From Octopus sinensis (taxonomy: Eukaryota): DNA of 64,000 bases. The notes under the pieces are model-generated. The model worked only from the letters and a program-made list of their open reading frames with translations, was not told the origin of the DNA and searched no databases. The stretch is taken from positions 88,040,001-88,104,000 of the forward strand of contig NC_043003.1 of the NCBI RefSeq assembly GCF_006345805.1, read 5' to 3'. Of this stretch, positions 37,175 to 50,573 are shown in pieces (within the stretch, counting starts at the first letter, position 1; every line of letters starts with the position of its first letter). A program made the translations under genes and the position numbers.

Positions 37175-38975
37175 TACCTTTCACTTTGAGAGAGAATCCT
37201 TTTGTTGCCAACAGAGGTAGTAGTTCTCTGAACTTACAATACATTTTATTATTATTCTAAAAACAATACTTTCAGAGCATCCACCACCATTACTAATTTA
37301 GTCACCTAAGTAGCAGAAACTATCTACTACTTCAAGAGAGCCTCCTGGGCATTTGAGAGAGTCTATTATTATTCCTGCACATCTTCCACACAAAAACGAC
37401 CTTATCAATCTACCTGTGATTCCACTACATCTCTTAAGTTTCTATAGCTTACACTGGATGTAGCGAATGGAATTACTTCCCACTCTTCTCCTACATAGAA
37501 AGACAGTCTTATCTGCTTTTTTGCTAACAACTTAAGTCTTTGCTTGGTTAACATTAAGACCCTTTTATTCCAGATTTTGCTTTCATACCTGGAACTTCTT
37601 CAATTCTACAAAAAGAGTGAGGTTATCAGCATATAGCAGTTCTCATGGGCATCTAGTTTTGAATTCTTCTGTTATAGTCTGGAGGACTATGATGAATAAG
37701 AGTGAACTAAGAACTGATCCTTGGTGAACCCCAACTTGTACACCAAATTCATCATTGTATTCAAGGCCAACTCTCACCTTACTGACAGCACTGCTGTACA
37801 TGGCTTGTATGGCTCTAACAAGCCACTCCTCTACTCTTATCTTCTTTAGAGACCACTAGATAACAGAGCAGAGAACTCTGTTGAAAGCTTTCTCCAGATT
37901 GTTCAAAGGTTTACTTTTGGCCAAATACTTTTCTTGCAGCTGTCTCACTGGAAAAATAGCATCTGTGGTACTTCTCCCAGGAACAAAACCAAATTGCATC
38001 TTATCTAGTTTAATCTTATTCCTAATCAATTGAGATCTAACTTTCACGACCTGGTCCAGCAGTTTGATGCCTCTGTAGTTAATCCTATCTTAGGAATCAC
38101 TTTTGCCCTTGTAGCAGCTAACTATACTACTACTACTACTAAAATCACTGGGGATGACACCTTCCTGAATAACCTGATTAAACAGTGCGAGTGACTAGGC
38201 TGTACCCTTCAGATTTTAATCATCTCAGCAGTGATACCTGATGTTCTAGGGGCTTTCATTGCCTTCATATTCTTAATTGCCTTATCTATTATACTGCTAT
38301 CAACTCTGATGGCTGGTCCCTCAATTGGTTTGATATTTGAAAGCCTCTCCTTCTCCCATTCATTTTCTACACTTAATAACCTTTCATAGTGGCACTTCCA
38401 CACATCTTTCTTTTCTGAGTCACTAAGTGAAAGTCCACCATTATCCATTCATACACATTTCTCACCCACTACATCTCTAATCTGATATACTACTTTGCAA
38501 TCCTGAACACCTCATGCCTCTGATCCTCACACTGTAGAACATTGGCAAACCTTTTAACTTTTGCTATTCCTTTTTCTATGTAAACTGGTTGCCTAGCTTC
38601 CCTTCTGGCTCCCTGATATAATTCTCTACTTCCATTGTTTTTCCAGTCTTTCCAGATCTGTCTCCTTGCTTTTATAGTGTTTATTCACCTCCTTATTCCA
38701 CCACCATGTCACCCTCGGCCAAGTTGGGACTTTACCCCAGCCACAGATTTGGTCAGCGGCCGCCAGTAAATTGTTCTGCAGGAACTTCCAATTGTCCTCT
38801 ATGCTATATGGCCCCACCTACTCCTCCTCTCTATCATCAGAGGCTTCCATTAGAATGTCTCTAAACTTCTGTTGGTTTGTAGTGTCTTTGAACATCCATA
38901 ATCTTCTTCTCCAGTATGGTTTATTTCTCCGAGTCATTCTAGCCCTAATTCTGAAGTCACTAACAGACTTAGTCC
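37175..38975 (-). mobile_element. Older RTE-type LINE fragment
   Basis: ORF pieces 37856-38047, 38209-38448 and 38626-38817 with RTE motifs. Confidence 0.85.
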
Positions 38976-38979
38976 TCTT

Positions 38980-39235
38980 TTAAGCACCATATGTGGTTGG
39001 CTAGGGACATGATGTTGCGCCTTTCCAGTAAAAAAGGGCCTGTTGTTCAGACGATGGGGAGCTGAGGTGGTGGGCGGCACTGACACCCAGAGCAAAAGAG
39101 CAGCAATGACACATCTGCCAACAATAACAGCTGGTACTGACAACTGGGAGCCCTTTTAAGCAATGTCTGAACAAGTCCTCTTTTATTGGAAAGGTGCAAC
39201 ATCATGTCCCTGGCCAGCCATGTATGGCACATAAG
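38980..39235. mobile_element. Small palindromic MITE-like element
   Basis: Arms ~38988-39052 and ~39165-39226 (GGGACATGATGTTGC.CCTTTCCA / TGGAAAGG.GCAACATCATGTCCC). Confidence 0.6.
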
Positions 39236-39371
39236 TCTGTTGGGTAATGAGTGGCTATAAGAGGAATCCAGGTTGTGATAGACATATAAAATACACATGT
39301 AAGTATATAAAGTATACATACATGAATGTTTGCCTGAATATTTTCAGTCTTTGTTTCTCCCTCTTTACATA

Positions 39372-41455
39372 TCATCATCATCATCACCATTGTTTAACAT
39401 CCATTTTCCATGTCAGCATGTGATGGACGGTTTAACTGAGGTCTGAAGAGCCAGTGGCTGCACAAGGCTCCAATCTGATCTGGCAGAGTTTCTACAGCTG
39501 GATGCCCTTCCTAATGCCAATCACTCCGAGAGTGTAGTGGGTGCTTTTTACATACCACCGGCACAGGAGCCAGTCGAGCAGGCCTGGCATGGATCACGTT
39601 CAGATAAAGCTTTTTACATGCCACTGGCATGGGGGTCAGTCAGGGGGTATTGGCATCAGCTACGTATGGATGACGCTTTTTACATGCAAGCAGCACGGGA
39701 GCCATTCAGGGGGCACTGACCACAGCTACGATATTGGTTTTACTTGACTCAACAGGTCTTCTCAAGCATATCATATTGCCTGACACATCAAGGTTACTCT
39801 TAACTGGGCTGGACATGCATGACTGCAATCTCACTTTAGTTGCTGAGTCTTCTCAATCACAGCATATCTCCAAAGGTCTTGGTCACCTGTCATTGCCTCA
39901 GTGAAGCCCAATGTTTGAAGGTCATGCTTCACCACCTCATCCCATGTCTTCTGCCACAGTTAGGGAGTGGCACTTCTTCATACAGCTGTCCCCATCCATA
40001 CATAATACATGACTATACCAGTGCAGTTGTCTCTTTTGCATGCCACATCCAATGCTTCTTATGCCCAACTTTTCTCTCAGGGCGCTTATACTCTGCCATG
40101 TATGCACACTGACATTACACATCCAGCGGATCATACTAGCTTCATTTCTTTCAAGACAACACATGTCCTCAGCAGTCATGGCCCATGTTCGACTGCCATG
40201 TAGCATGGCAGTTCACACACATGCATCATACACTCTACCTTTCATCCTGAGCGAGAGGCCGTCAGTTGCCAGCAGAGGTAGAAGCTCTCTGAACTTTGCC
40301 CAGGCTATTCTTATTCTAGCAGCTATGCTCTCAGAGCAACTACCCCCACTAGACTTGGTCGCCTAGGTAGCAGAAGCTATTAACTATTTCTAGTTTCTCC
40401 TCCTGGCATATGATGGAATCTGTTTTCTGTACATCATCAGTGTTTATTGCCCCTGTACATCTGCCACACACAAAAATTATCTTCCCAGTTAACCTTCCCT
40501 TGATATTGATGCATCTTTTGTGTCCATAGCTTACACCAGGTACGTCGTATGGATTTTTACCCAAGCTTTTCTACAGATCGAGGAGAGCCATCTACCTGAA
40601 GGGGTTTGTGATTTGACAGCCTTCCTACTTACTAAGACTTTGGTTTTTGCTAGGTCAATCCTAAGGCCTTTTGATTCTAGACCTTAATTCCATACCCTAA
40701 ACTTTGTCTCTAGTTTTGTCAGTGACTTGGCTATTAGAGCAATGTCATCAACATAGAGGAGCTCGCAGGGGCAGCCTGTCTTGAATTCCTCTGTTATTAC
40801 CAGGACTATAATGAATAAGAGGGGGCTGAGGACTGATCCTTGGTGGACCCCTACTTCTACTTGGAATTCTTCACAATATTTGTTGTCTACCCTCCTGTTA
40901 CTCACAGCATCCCTGTACAGGCTCTTGCCAATCACTCGTCTATCCCCAGTTTCTGCATTGACCACCAGATAAGGAATTGGGGGAGCCTGTCAAGGGCTTT
41001 CTAGTTATTACACTTTCTGTGCATTCTCCCCCACAATTAATTTGGTCCCTTAGGTAGCAGAAATTATCTACTACCGCCAATGAGCCTCTGGGACATGAGA
41101 AAATGTAGTTTTTATGGCTCCTGTGCATCTTCCACATACGAACACTACTTTCTCTGATAACCTTTCTATATTCCACTATACCTTGTGGGTCCATAACTTA
41201 CATTGGAATTTCAGGTTTTGCTTCTATACCTGGAACTTCTTTTCTAGCTCTGATATAGAGTTTGCTATAAGGGCAAGATTGTCAGCATGTAGTAGTTACC
41301 AGGGGCTGCCTGTCTTGAATTACTGTTATAGCTTGGAGGACTATGATGAAAAGTGGACTGAGCTTTGATGAACACCTACATGCACACCAAATTCTTTGCT
41401 GTACTTATTAACTCTCACCTTACTGACACTGTTCCTGTACAAGCCACTCAAATAC
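39372..41455 (-). mobile_element. RTE-type LINE, 5'-truncated (to ~40985), followed by rearranged RT pieces
   Basis: (CAT)n tail; ORFs 39937-40206, 40349-40564 and 40684-40965; a second LYADD-like segment near 41280. Confidence 0.85.
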
Positions 41456-41669
41456 TCTTCAGAGCCCTGTTGCACAATCCATTATTTCAGTTGATAGCAC
41501 TTGGGAATCCAGCTGGTAAATGACAGGAGGTGTCTGAAGACTCTACTCCCATGAACTTAACCAGGAATAGTGACAGAGATGGATATATATATATATGTGT
41601 GTGTGTATTCTGATAGTTAGACTGGATGTGAACAGCAAATGCCCAGTTTAAGTATAACAAAACATGTGG

Positions 41670-43010
41670 ATCATCATCATCATCATCATCGTTTAATGTC
41701 TGCTTTCCACGCTGGCATGGGTTGGACGGTTCGACTGAGAACTAGTAAGCCAGGAGGCTGCACCAGGCTCCAATCTGATCTGGCAAGGTTTCTACAGCTG
41801 GATGCCCTTCCTAATATCAACCACTCCAAAAGTGTAGTGGGTGCTTTTTACATGCCACCAGCATGGGGGCCAGTCAGGCAGCACTGGCATTGACCATACT
41901 TGAATAGTGCATTTTTCATGCCAGTCAGGTGGCACTGGCATTGGTCACAACTACAATTTCACTTGACTCAACGGGTCTTCTCAAGCACAGAGCATATCTC
42001 CAAAGGTCTTGGTTGCTTGTCATTGCCTCCATGAGGCCCAATGTCTTCCACTGTTAGGGTGTGTCATGTCTTCACACAGATGTCCTCATCCATATGCAAC
42101 ACATAACCATACCAGTGCAGTTCTCTCTTGCACACCACATCTGATGCTTCTTATATCCAACTTTTCTTTCAGGGTGTTTACACTGTTGTGTATGCACACT
42201 GACATTACACATCCAGCAGATCATACTAGCTTCATTTCTTTTAAGCCTATGCATGTTCTCAGCAGTCAGTGAACATGGCTGTTTGCACACAGGCATCATA
42301 GTCTACCTGAGCGAGAGGCCCTTTGTCACCAGCAGAGATAAGAGCTCTCTGAACTTTGCCCAGGCTATTCTTATTCTAGCCGCTATGCTCTCAGAGCATC
42401 CATCCCTGCTACTGACTTGGTCACCTAGGTAATGGAAGCTATCAACTACTTCTAGTTTTTCTACCTGGCAAGTGATGGAATCTGTTTTCTGTACATCTTC
42501 GGTGTTTATTGCTCCTGTGAATCTCCTACACACAAAAGCTATCTTCTCAGTTAACTCTCTTTTGATATTGCTGCACTTCTTATGTTTCCATAGCTTACAC
42601 TGGGTACATCTAATGGAGTTTCTACCCAAGCCTTTTCTACAGATCAAGCAGGGCCTTCTACCAAAAGGGATTTGTGATTTGTCTGTCTTTCTACTTATTA
42701 GGACTTTGGTTTTTGTTAGATTGACTCTAAGGCCATTCAATTCTCGACCTTGCTTCCACTCCTGAAACTTCTCTAGTTCTGGTAGTGACTATTAGAGCAA
42801 GGTCATCAGCATAGAGGAGCACTCAGAGGCAGCTTGTCTTGAATTCCTCTGTTATTGCCTGGAGGACTATGATGAATAAGAGGGAGCTGAGGACTGATCC
42901 TTGATGAACCCCTACTTCTACCTGGAATGCTTCACTATACTCGTTGCCAACTCTCACCTTACTGACAGCATCCCTGTACATGGCTTGTACAGCTCTCACC
43001 AACCACCAGA
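41670..43010 (-). mobile_element. RTE-type LINE, 5'-truncated
   Basis: (CAT)n tail; ORFs 42303-42740 and 42072-42299. Confidence 0.9.
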
Positions 43011-43782
43011 TGTAAGGCTAATATCAAAATAAATACAAATGTTAGTAGACAGTAAAACCGAATCCATCACCTTGTTCTTTCTTCAGTAAGTCAACATCAT
43101 CATCGTTTTTAATGTCCATTTTTTTTAATTGGTCAGACAAATTTGTTCAGGCAGATTTTCTATATCTGGATGTCTTTCCCGTAACAAACCCCCACCTGTT
43201 TCCCAAGGCCAAAAATGCTTTCTTGGAAGATTGGAAATGAACAAAATTACTAGTGTGATGATGATGCTTATTTACAACCGTTACATGATATCAGGACAAG
43301 GTCACAGGTACACTTGTGTTTAAAAGATGGTCTTCTTTCAGTTTCTGTCTATAAAATCCATTTACAAGGATTTGGTCATCCAGGAGCTATAGTAGAAGAT
43401 ATTTGCCCAAAGTGGCATGCTAATAATTATAATTTGCATTGTGTTCCTCAATAAAATCCATTTGAAATATTGATGCCTCTATATTTTCACATCCAAGCCT
43501 CACTGCCTGCTCACATTTGAAAAATCTATTTTCATATATCTGCACACTTCCTCATATTTAAACATATACATGTTTTTGCTGTTTAAGCTTAGACTAACCA
43601 TTGACAAATTTAATTTGACGTATGAATATCTGTGTGGTTAAGAAGTTCACTCTGCAACAATGTGGTTTGGGGTTTAGTCCCACAGTATGGCGCCTTGAGC
43701 AAGTGTCTCCTACTGTAGCCCAAGGGCTGACTTGTCTTGTGAGTTAATAAGGTAGACAGAAACTGTATGGCAGCACTTCAAT

Positions 43783-43825
<43 letters not shown>

Positions 43826-43913
43826 ATTCATTAGTTTTACAGATTACTAAAAGAACAAAATTGATAAATTGTTAGAACAAAAGAAAGACTTTATCATTTG
43901 AAGCAATCTAATT

Positions 43914-43970
43914 TTATTCTGAATCGTCTTCTTCTTCAGCTTGCTCTAACCAGTTGATGTATTTCTCTGC
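43914..43970 (-). CDS. Terminal coding exon of a W2-domain translation factor (eIF2B-epsilon favoured; BZW/5MP or eIF4G-type not excluded)
   Basis: tttttatttttctctatag|GCA GAG AAA TAC ATC AAC TGG TTA GAG CAA GCT GAA GAA GAA GAC GAT TCA GAA TAA = AEKYINWLEQAEEEDDSE*, the AA-box 2 motif (WLxxAEEE) at a C-terminus. Confidence 0.8.
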   Translation of the reverse strand, partial: AEKYINWLEQAEEEDDSE

Positions 43971-44317
43971 CTATAGAGAAAAATAAAAATGAAAAATAAA
44001 AATATTCAATCAAACACATAACAAGCTCAGTTTATGTATAACTATGCACATATTTATAAACACACACACACACACACATTTAGCCTCTCTGTGAAAATGT
44101 AGGTTTTCTTTTGTGGTCAGAAAAAGAAATCCATCTGACAATTTTCAGCTTTGATTAACACCTCAAAAGAGATTGTGACCAGAAGTTGGGATCAGAGAAG
44201 GGATACTACCTTCAAAAGTTTCATTAGCCTTACCAACACTATAACCTATTTCAGTCTGCTACTTTTATGTGCATATATAAATATATATTTAGAATAATAA
44301 GGTAGTCAGAATGTTGG

Positions 44318-44432
44318 ATCATCATCATCGTCGTCGTTTAACGTCCGCTTTCCATGCTAGCATGGTTTGGACGGTTTGACTGTGGGCTGGCGAACCTGAT
44401 GGCTGCACCAGGCTCCAGTCTTGATCTGGCAG
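44318..44432 (-). mobile_element. RTE 3' stub
   Basis: (CAT)n followed by TTTAACGTCCGCTTTCCATGCTAGCATGG. Confidence 0.85.
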
Positions 44433-44484
44433 GATTATATATATATTTTTTATTTACATTTTTAGCACTACTCTTGCCACCTGT

Positions 44485-45030
44485 CATACATCAAAAGGAA
44501 CATCTCATACAGAATGGCAAGACGCATCTGAACCATAGTAACTGATCCACAAATACGTCACATTAGACTTGATGAACTCAAAAACTTACAAGAACAAAAT
44601 TACCCTGTGAAATGGAAATCTTGAAAGCAATGAAATTAGACATCACACAACTTAGGATCCAAAAGAAAAAAAAAAACCAAGGAACATACTATTCCATTTA
44701 TTAATACATACAACCCTGAAATAACCAATATTTTCCACATTATACAATCAAACCTACCAATACTCTTACAGAGTCCCAAAATGAGAAAACTGAGAGACAA
44801 AAGCTACCTGTGAAATAGTAAACACCAGGAAAAAAACCTTAAAAAACAATTTACAAGAGCCAAATTCACATCAGAGATTGAAACAGAATTCTCTGTAAAG
44901 GAATGTGGAGACAGTAGATGTGGAATATGCAACAACAATAACTACAAATATATAGATGGGGACACCCACATAAAATTTGAGAGTGGATTCTTACTCAAAG
45001 TAAATGCAAGACACAAAACCTCATAACTAT
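44485..45030 (+). mobile_element. Penelope-like element fragment (RT thumb and linker toward GIY-YIG)
   Basis: KRNISYRMARRI*TIV, EQNYP, IPFINTYNP, KQFTRAKF, KECGDSRCGIC; frameshifted. Confidence 0.75.
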
Positions 45031-46835
45031 GTATTCTTTTAAGACAGCTGCAGGAGAAATACCTGGCCAAAGATAAGCCCCTGTACCTGGCTTTCGTTGA
45101 CATGGAGAAAGCCTTTGACAGGGTCCCCCGATCCCTTATCTGGTGGTCAATGAGGAAACTAGGGATAGATGAATGGTTAGTGAGAGCTGTGCAAGCCATG
45201 TACAGGGATGCTGTCAGTAAGGTGAGGGTTTGCAACAAGTACAGTGAAGAATTCCGGGTAGAGGTAGGAGTCCATCAAGGTTCAGTTCTCAGCCCCCCTC
45301 CTATTTATCATAGTCCTCCAGGCAATAACGGAGGAATTCAAGACAGGATGCCCCTGGGAGCTCCTCTATGCTGATGACCTTGCTCTAATTGCTGAATCAC
45401 TATCAGATCTAAAGGAGAAGTTTCAAGTGTGGAAACAAGGATTAGAATTGAAGGGCCTTAGAATGAACCTAGCTAAAACCAAAGTCCTAATAAGTAGGAA
45501 GGCAGGCAAACCACAAATCCCTTCAGGTAGATGGCCATGCTTGATCTGTAGTAGAGGCGTAGGTAGAAACTCTATAAGATATACCCAGTGTAAGCTATGG
45601 ACACATAAGAGGTGCAGCAATATCAAAGGAAGGATAACTGGGAAGATAGGTTTTGTATATGGCAGATGCTCGGGAGGGATAAACACTGAAAATGCCCAGA
45701 CACCAACTTCCGCCACATTCCAGGGAGAAAAACTAGAAGTAGTTGATAGCTTCCGTTACCTAGGTCAGTAGCAGGGGAGGGTGCACTGAAAGTGTAGCTG
45801 CTAGAATAAGAATAGCCTGGGCAAAGTACAGAGAGCTCTTACCTCTGCTGGTGACAAAGGGTCTCTCACACAGAGTAAAAGGTAGACTGTATGATGCATG
45901 TGTACGAAGAGCCATGCTACACGGCAGTGAAACATGGGCTGTGACTGCTGAGGACATGCGTAAGCTTGCAAGGAATGAAGCCAGTATGATCTGATGGATG
46001 CGTAATGTCAGTGTGCATACTCGACAGAGTGTTAGTACCTTGAGAGAAAAGTTGGACCTAAGAAGCATCAGATGTGGTGTGCAAGAGAGACGACTGCGCT
46101 AGTATGGTCATGTGGCGAGAATGGATGAGGATAGCTGTGTGAAAAAGTGCCACACCCTAGCGGTTGAGGGAACCTGTGGAAGAGGTAGAGCCAGGAAGAC
46201 CTGGGATGAAGTGGTGAAGCACGACCTTCGAAAATTAGGCCTCCCCAAGGAAATGACTAGCGACCGAGACTTTTGGAAATATGCTGTGCTTGAGAAGACC
46301 CAGCAAGCCAAATGAGACCATAACCTGTGGCCTATTCGAGGAGCGTAACCAGCCAGCTTATGCGTACCTATTCCTTCATTGGACACTAAACTCTGCTTGC
46401 GAAGACCTGTTGAGGCAAGTGAAATCAAAATCACATTCGATGACTGGCATCTGTACTAGTAGGGTGCCAAGAGCACCATCGGAGCGTGATCGTTGCCAGA
46501 GCAGCCAATTGGCTTCCATGCCGGTGGCACGTAAATGGGCACTATTCGAACGTGATCGTTACCAATGTTGCCTTACTGGCACCTGTGCCGGTGGCATGTG
46601 TAAAAAGACTTGAGCTAGGTCATTGCCAGTATTGCGCAACTGGCCCCGTGCCAGTGGCACGTAAAAAGCACCCACTACACTCTTGGAGTGGTTGGCGTTA
46701 GGAACGGCATCCAGCTGTAGAAACTCTGCTAGATAGACATTGGAGCCTGGTGCAGTCGTATGGTTCGCCAGCCCTCAGTCAAAATCGTCCAACCCATGCT
46801 AGCAGGGAAAGCGGACGTTAAACGATGATGATGAT
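45031..46835 (+). mobile_element. RTE-type LINE, 5'-truncated
   Basis: RQLQEKYLAKDKP...; ORFs 45102, 45427 and 46112; (GAT)n tail. Confidence 0.92.
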
Positions 46836-47049
46836 ATATATATATATAATATAAACATATATAATATATATTATATATACATATATAATATATTGGAAAA
46901 AACGGTAAGATAACAAAAGAAAGAGACCTCAATATTATGTATATAGAGGAAATTTATCTGTAACATAATATGCGACAATTATTTGGTAGCCAAGATAAAA
47001 CTCTGTGTTTCGGATGCCAAGGTGGAAATCCACACCACCATCTCTTCGG

Positions 47050-47082
<33 letters not shown>

Positions 47083-47463
47083 CTACCTATATTAAAGAGG
47101 AAAAAAACTTGCACACTTTGGCTTTGGTAAGGATTCAATGGCACAAGATGTGCTAGGATCGAGCTATAAAGATGTGGTTGTTATGGCAAAGAGAGTGAAA
47201 ATTGATAAGTGTTTGTTTTTCCTCTCTAATGGTTATCACCCTTTCTTCTTCCGTCTCTCTTTCTTCCCTTCCCTTCACTTTCTTTAACGGCGTTTGAAGT
47301 TTCCACTATCTTTCCCTCGCCACCTTGGTCACTCTTTACTTTCACATACTCTCTCTCTGTACATCTGTCTGCGCTTTCTCTCTATTACGACGTTTCACAG
47401 GTTCGCCGTCTCTCTGTTACTCTTTCTCCCACCACCTTTCTCACTGTACTTCTGCCTCTATGT

Positions 47464-47656
47464 TAGCGCTTTTCAACCTTTTTGCTGGAGCGGAACCCCA
47501 AGAAAACATTTCACAGGCTTGAGGAACTCCTGTGCAATAATTTAATTGTCTTATGCACACATATCTGCACAGGAGAATTGAAAATTACTTTCGACTTTAG
47601 CATTTTTGTAACTTCTTGCGGAACCGTACTGGAGGAACCCTGGTTGAAAACCACTG
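47464..47656. mobile_element. hAT-type MITE
   Basis: TIRs TAGCGCTTTTCAACC / GGTTGAAAACCACTG; 8-bp TSD CTCTATGT / TTCTATGT; internal GCGGAACC motifs. Confidence 0.8.
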
Positions 47657-49648
47657 TTCTATGTATACAGAATCAGCGTGACAGTAGCAACAGTTTAAAT
47701 ATTCCTGTCTTTTAGAACGCTGACATATTGATATGGAGGTCAGTTCGGAAAAAGAAAATAAGAGTGCCATGACCCACTTTTGCTGGTTTGTAGTCGTAGA
47801 GTCTAGGATAAAAAGTTATTGCCTTTTGTTCTGCCATTTTCTGGAGAGATTAATGTTTTTGGAAGAGACCTTTGACCCTGTTCCGGTCAGGGAAAGTTTA
47901 AGAATCTACCCTTTAAAAAGTGTCGAGCTGTGAGTTTGTGGGGCAGTTCGGCCGGAGACAGTGAATTGGCAACAGGGCAGTTTAGGAGTTCTGCCTGAGA
48001 CAGCAAAGGGGCCGGAGGAGACAGTCAGTTGGCATCGGGATCAGTTTGGCAACAGGTAGTTCTGCCGGAGACAGTGAATGTGAGAGGATGACAAGCGAGA
48101 GGTTGAGAAAGACATACACAGAGGATTGAGAGCGAAAGGGAGGTTATGGCATAGAAGGCATTGGCTATTGTAGTAGGAGTTGCAGACTCGAAAACGTTCG
48201 GTAATGTTTATGTTTGCTTTTGTTGTTGACTTTTGATGTGTTAAAGAAAAGAAAAGAATTGTTGAACTAAAAAAGAATTGATGTGTCAGAAAAAAAAGAA
48301 AGAAGGAAAAGAGGAAGAAAAGAAATGAGATTGTAAAGAACACTGTGAAAAGAGTTGTTGAATTGAAGGAAAAAAAAGAAAGAGAAAGACTTTAGTGTAG
48401 AACATTGATTTGAACTGTTTTGATTTGTCTCCGAACTGTATTGCGCTGAATATTTGTTTTGATTGCTTCGGACATTCTGTATCGTGCATGCCTTTGATTT
48501 TATTGTTTTCTCTTTAATGTATCTGCTATGTTTCACATTGTATTTGATGTTGTAATAATTGTTATAAACTGTTCTTATATGTAGCAAAATTGCCTCCGCC
48601 GTCTTTTTATCTCTTCCTGCTGTTGTTGTTATTATCTCCGGTCGCCGGTTCGAGTTCGCTGCCTTCCCCCCACCACCGTTTTCTCTCTGTGTGGCGAATT
48701 CCCTGTTCGACTGGGCCGGTCAATCGTCGTTGCTCGACTTAGTAGGGTCCCGGGTTTGAAGTTTGAATGACGGCAGGTGGTTTCGTAACAATATTATCGC
48801 CCACCATCATCGCACAATCATAACAGATATTATTAATCAGATATATAGTGTGTTAATTTATATATATATATGTGTGTATATAAATATATATATAATGTGT
48901 ATACATAAATATCTTTACATATGGGGTTGAGAGGAAAATGGGATCTTTTGATCTTGATCGGAAGATTTGATGGGGTGTGCAAGTCACACACACACACACA
49001 CACACACACAAGCGGAACGCCAACTTCAAAAGAAATTCGCACTCTATCTGTCTGGCTTTTATGATACCCTTCCCCCCAACCCACATATTAAAAAATAAAT
49101 AATTTACGGAAAGTTACGATCTTATGTAAACAATCGCACATGGTCCAGTGACTAATCATTTAGTAATATTTCTAAGTGAATGTGATTTCGAAAATGTAAG
49201 TTGTTTGTACAATAAGTATTTATATTTTAATTTTCTTTAAACAGACAATATTTCAATGGTTTTTAAAAATTATTTTCAATGAATACCATTACAAAAATTC
49301 TTTTTGGTGTAAATATTTCGTAAAAGACCTGTGAAATAATTTTTTTCTATAGGTTTTTTCCAAGCGCATTCAACGCATCTCACTTCCGAATAATTGACTG
49401 CTATTTCTAGCATGCCCCGCTACCACGTAACCGCTATTTGCGATAAAGGACCCCAAATACCTGTTACGTGATAGTAGGGTGTGCAAGAAATAGCAGCTAA
49501 ATCTTTCCTTTTCTGGGGAAAGGAGCTGCTTACTTGTGGTTTCGAAGTCACATTCATTGAAAGCATGCAAAATAATCTGGAAAAAGAAGAAAAAAACCCT
49601 ACGAAACAAAACTCAGACTTTTCCGGTGACCCAACAGGCTATGAGTAG

Positions 49649-50515
49649 TCTATATATAAAGCTAAAGTTGTGTGTGTATGGTAGGTTTGGTAGCCTTCAA
49701 CTAACACTATCTCCTCCGAGACCCTGCGGGGCAAGTTGACCAAAATTGAGAGTATGATAGAAGAAGGCTTGCGCTTCCTTCTGTAGAAGAAAAAATTCAT
49801 ATCGGACCATGTTAACACCAAAAATTATTTACATCAAAAAGGTGCTTTTTTTTCTACGAAAATCCCTATTTTTTACGATTTTTTTTACTGCTGTGTCGCC
49901 ATTTTTCGGTGTATTTCAACCAGAAAAATGTTCACTTAAAGAGAATAACAAGCTACATAATGCAAAATTTTTACTTTTCAAAAATTCCAAAGGATTCAAT
50001 GGCACTAGACGTGCTAGGATCGAGCTGAAAATTTACACACCTACACGTGGTGTAGTTACGGCTAGAGTAGGTTTCAAGTCTCCATCTCGATAACAAAGGC
50101 CTGAAACAATGCATTTTCTCCAAGTGAGTGGATGTCATACACTATTGCTTTGAGTTGTGTTCACGCAACATGTTGGATTCTACGCCTGACTGTGCGCAAA
50201 TGCAACGGAAAAATGGGGCGAAAACGCATTCAATTTTTGAGTTTTTTGAAACACAAAATATGAGCACAAACGTAGAAAAATTTCCTGAATCGATTGGAGC
50301 AAGTTTGAATTATCTAGCTTGAAAAATGCAAATTCTATCAATTTTGAGTGTGCCTTTTTAAGGAGTTCTCAATTAAAAATGGTGTCAAAAAATAGCTCAA
50401 AATGAGAGAAGTATTTTGCAGAACGAATCGCCTCAAAAATCGAACGCGAAGTGCTCTTAATCTAGATATATAAAGCTGAAGTTGTCTGTGAGCGGCAAGG
50501 TTTGTTTCGTAAACT
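49649..50515 (+). mobile_element. Helitron-like sequence with two 5' ends (49649 and 50461)
   Basis: TCTATATATAAAGCTAAAGTTGTGTGTG and TCTAGATATATAAAGCTGAAGTTGTCTGTG; block 49990-50030 is shared with ~47135-47170. Confidence 0.5.
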
Positions 50516-50517
50516 CT

Positions 50518-50565
<48 letters not shown>

Positions 50566-50573
<8 letters not shown>

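Noticed and set aside
46995-47050. Minus-strand CCGAAGA..stem..CGAAAC hammerhead-like motif
   Set aside because: The core is mutated, the cleavage triplet is absent, and stem I is truncated by (AT)n.
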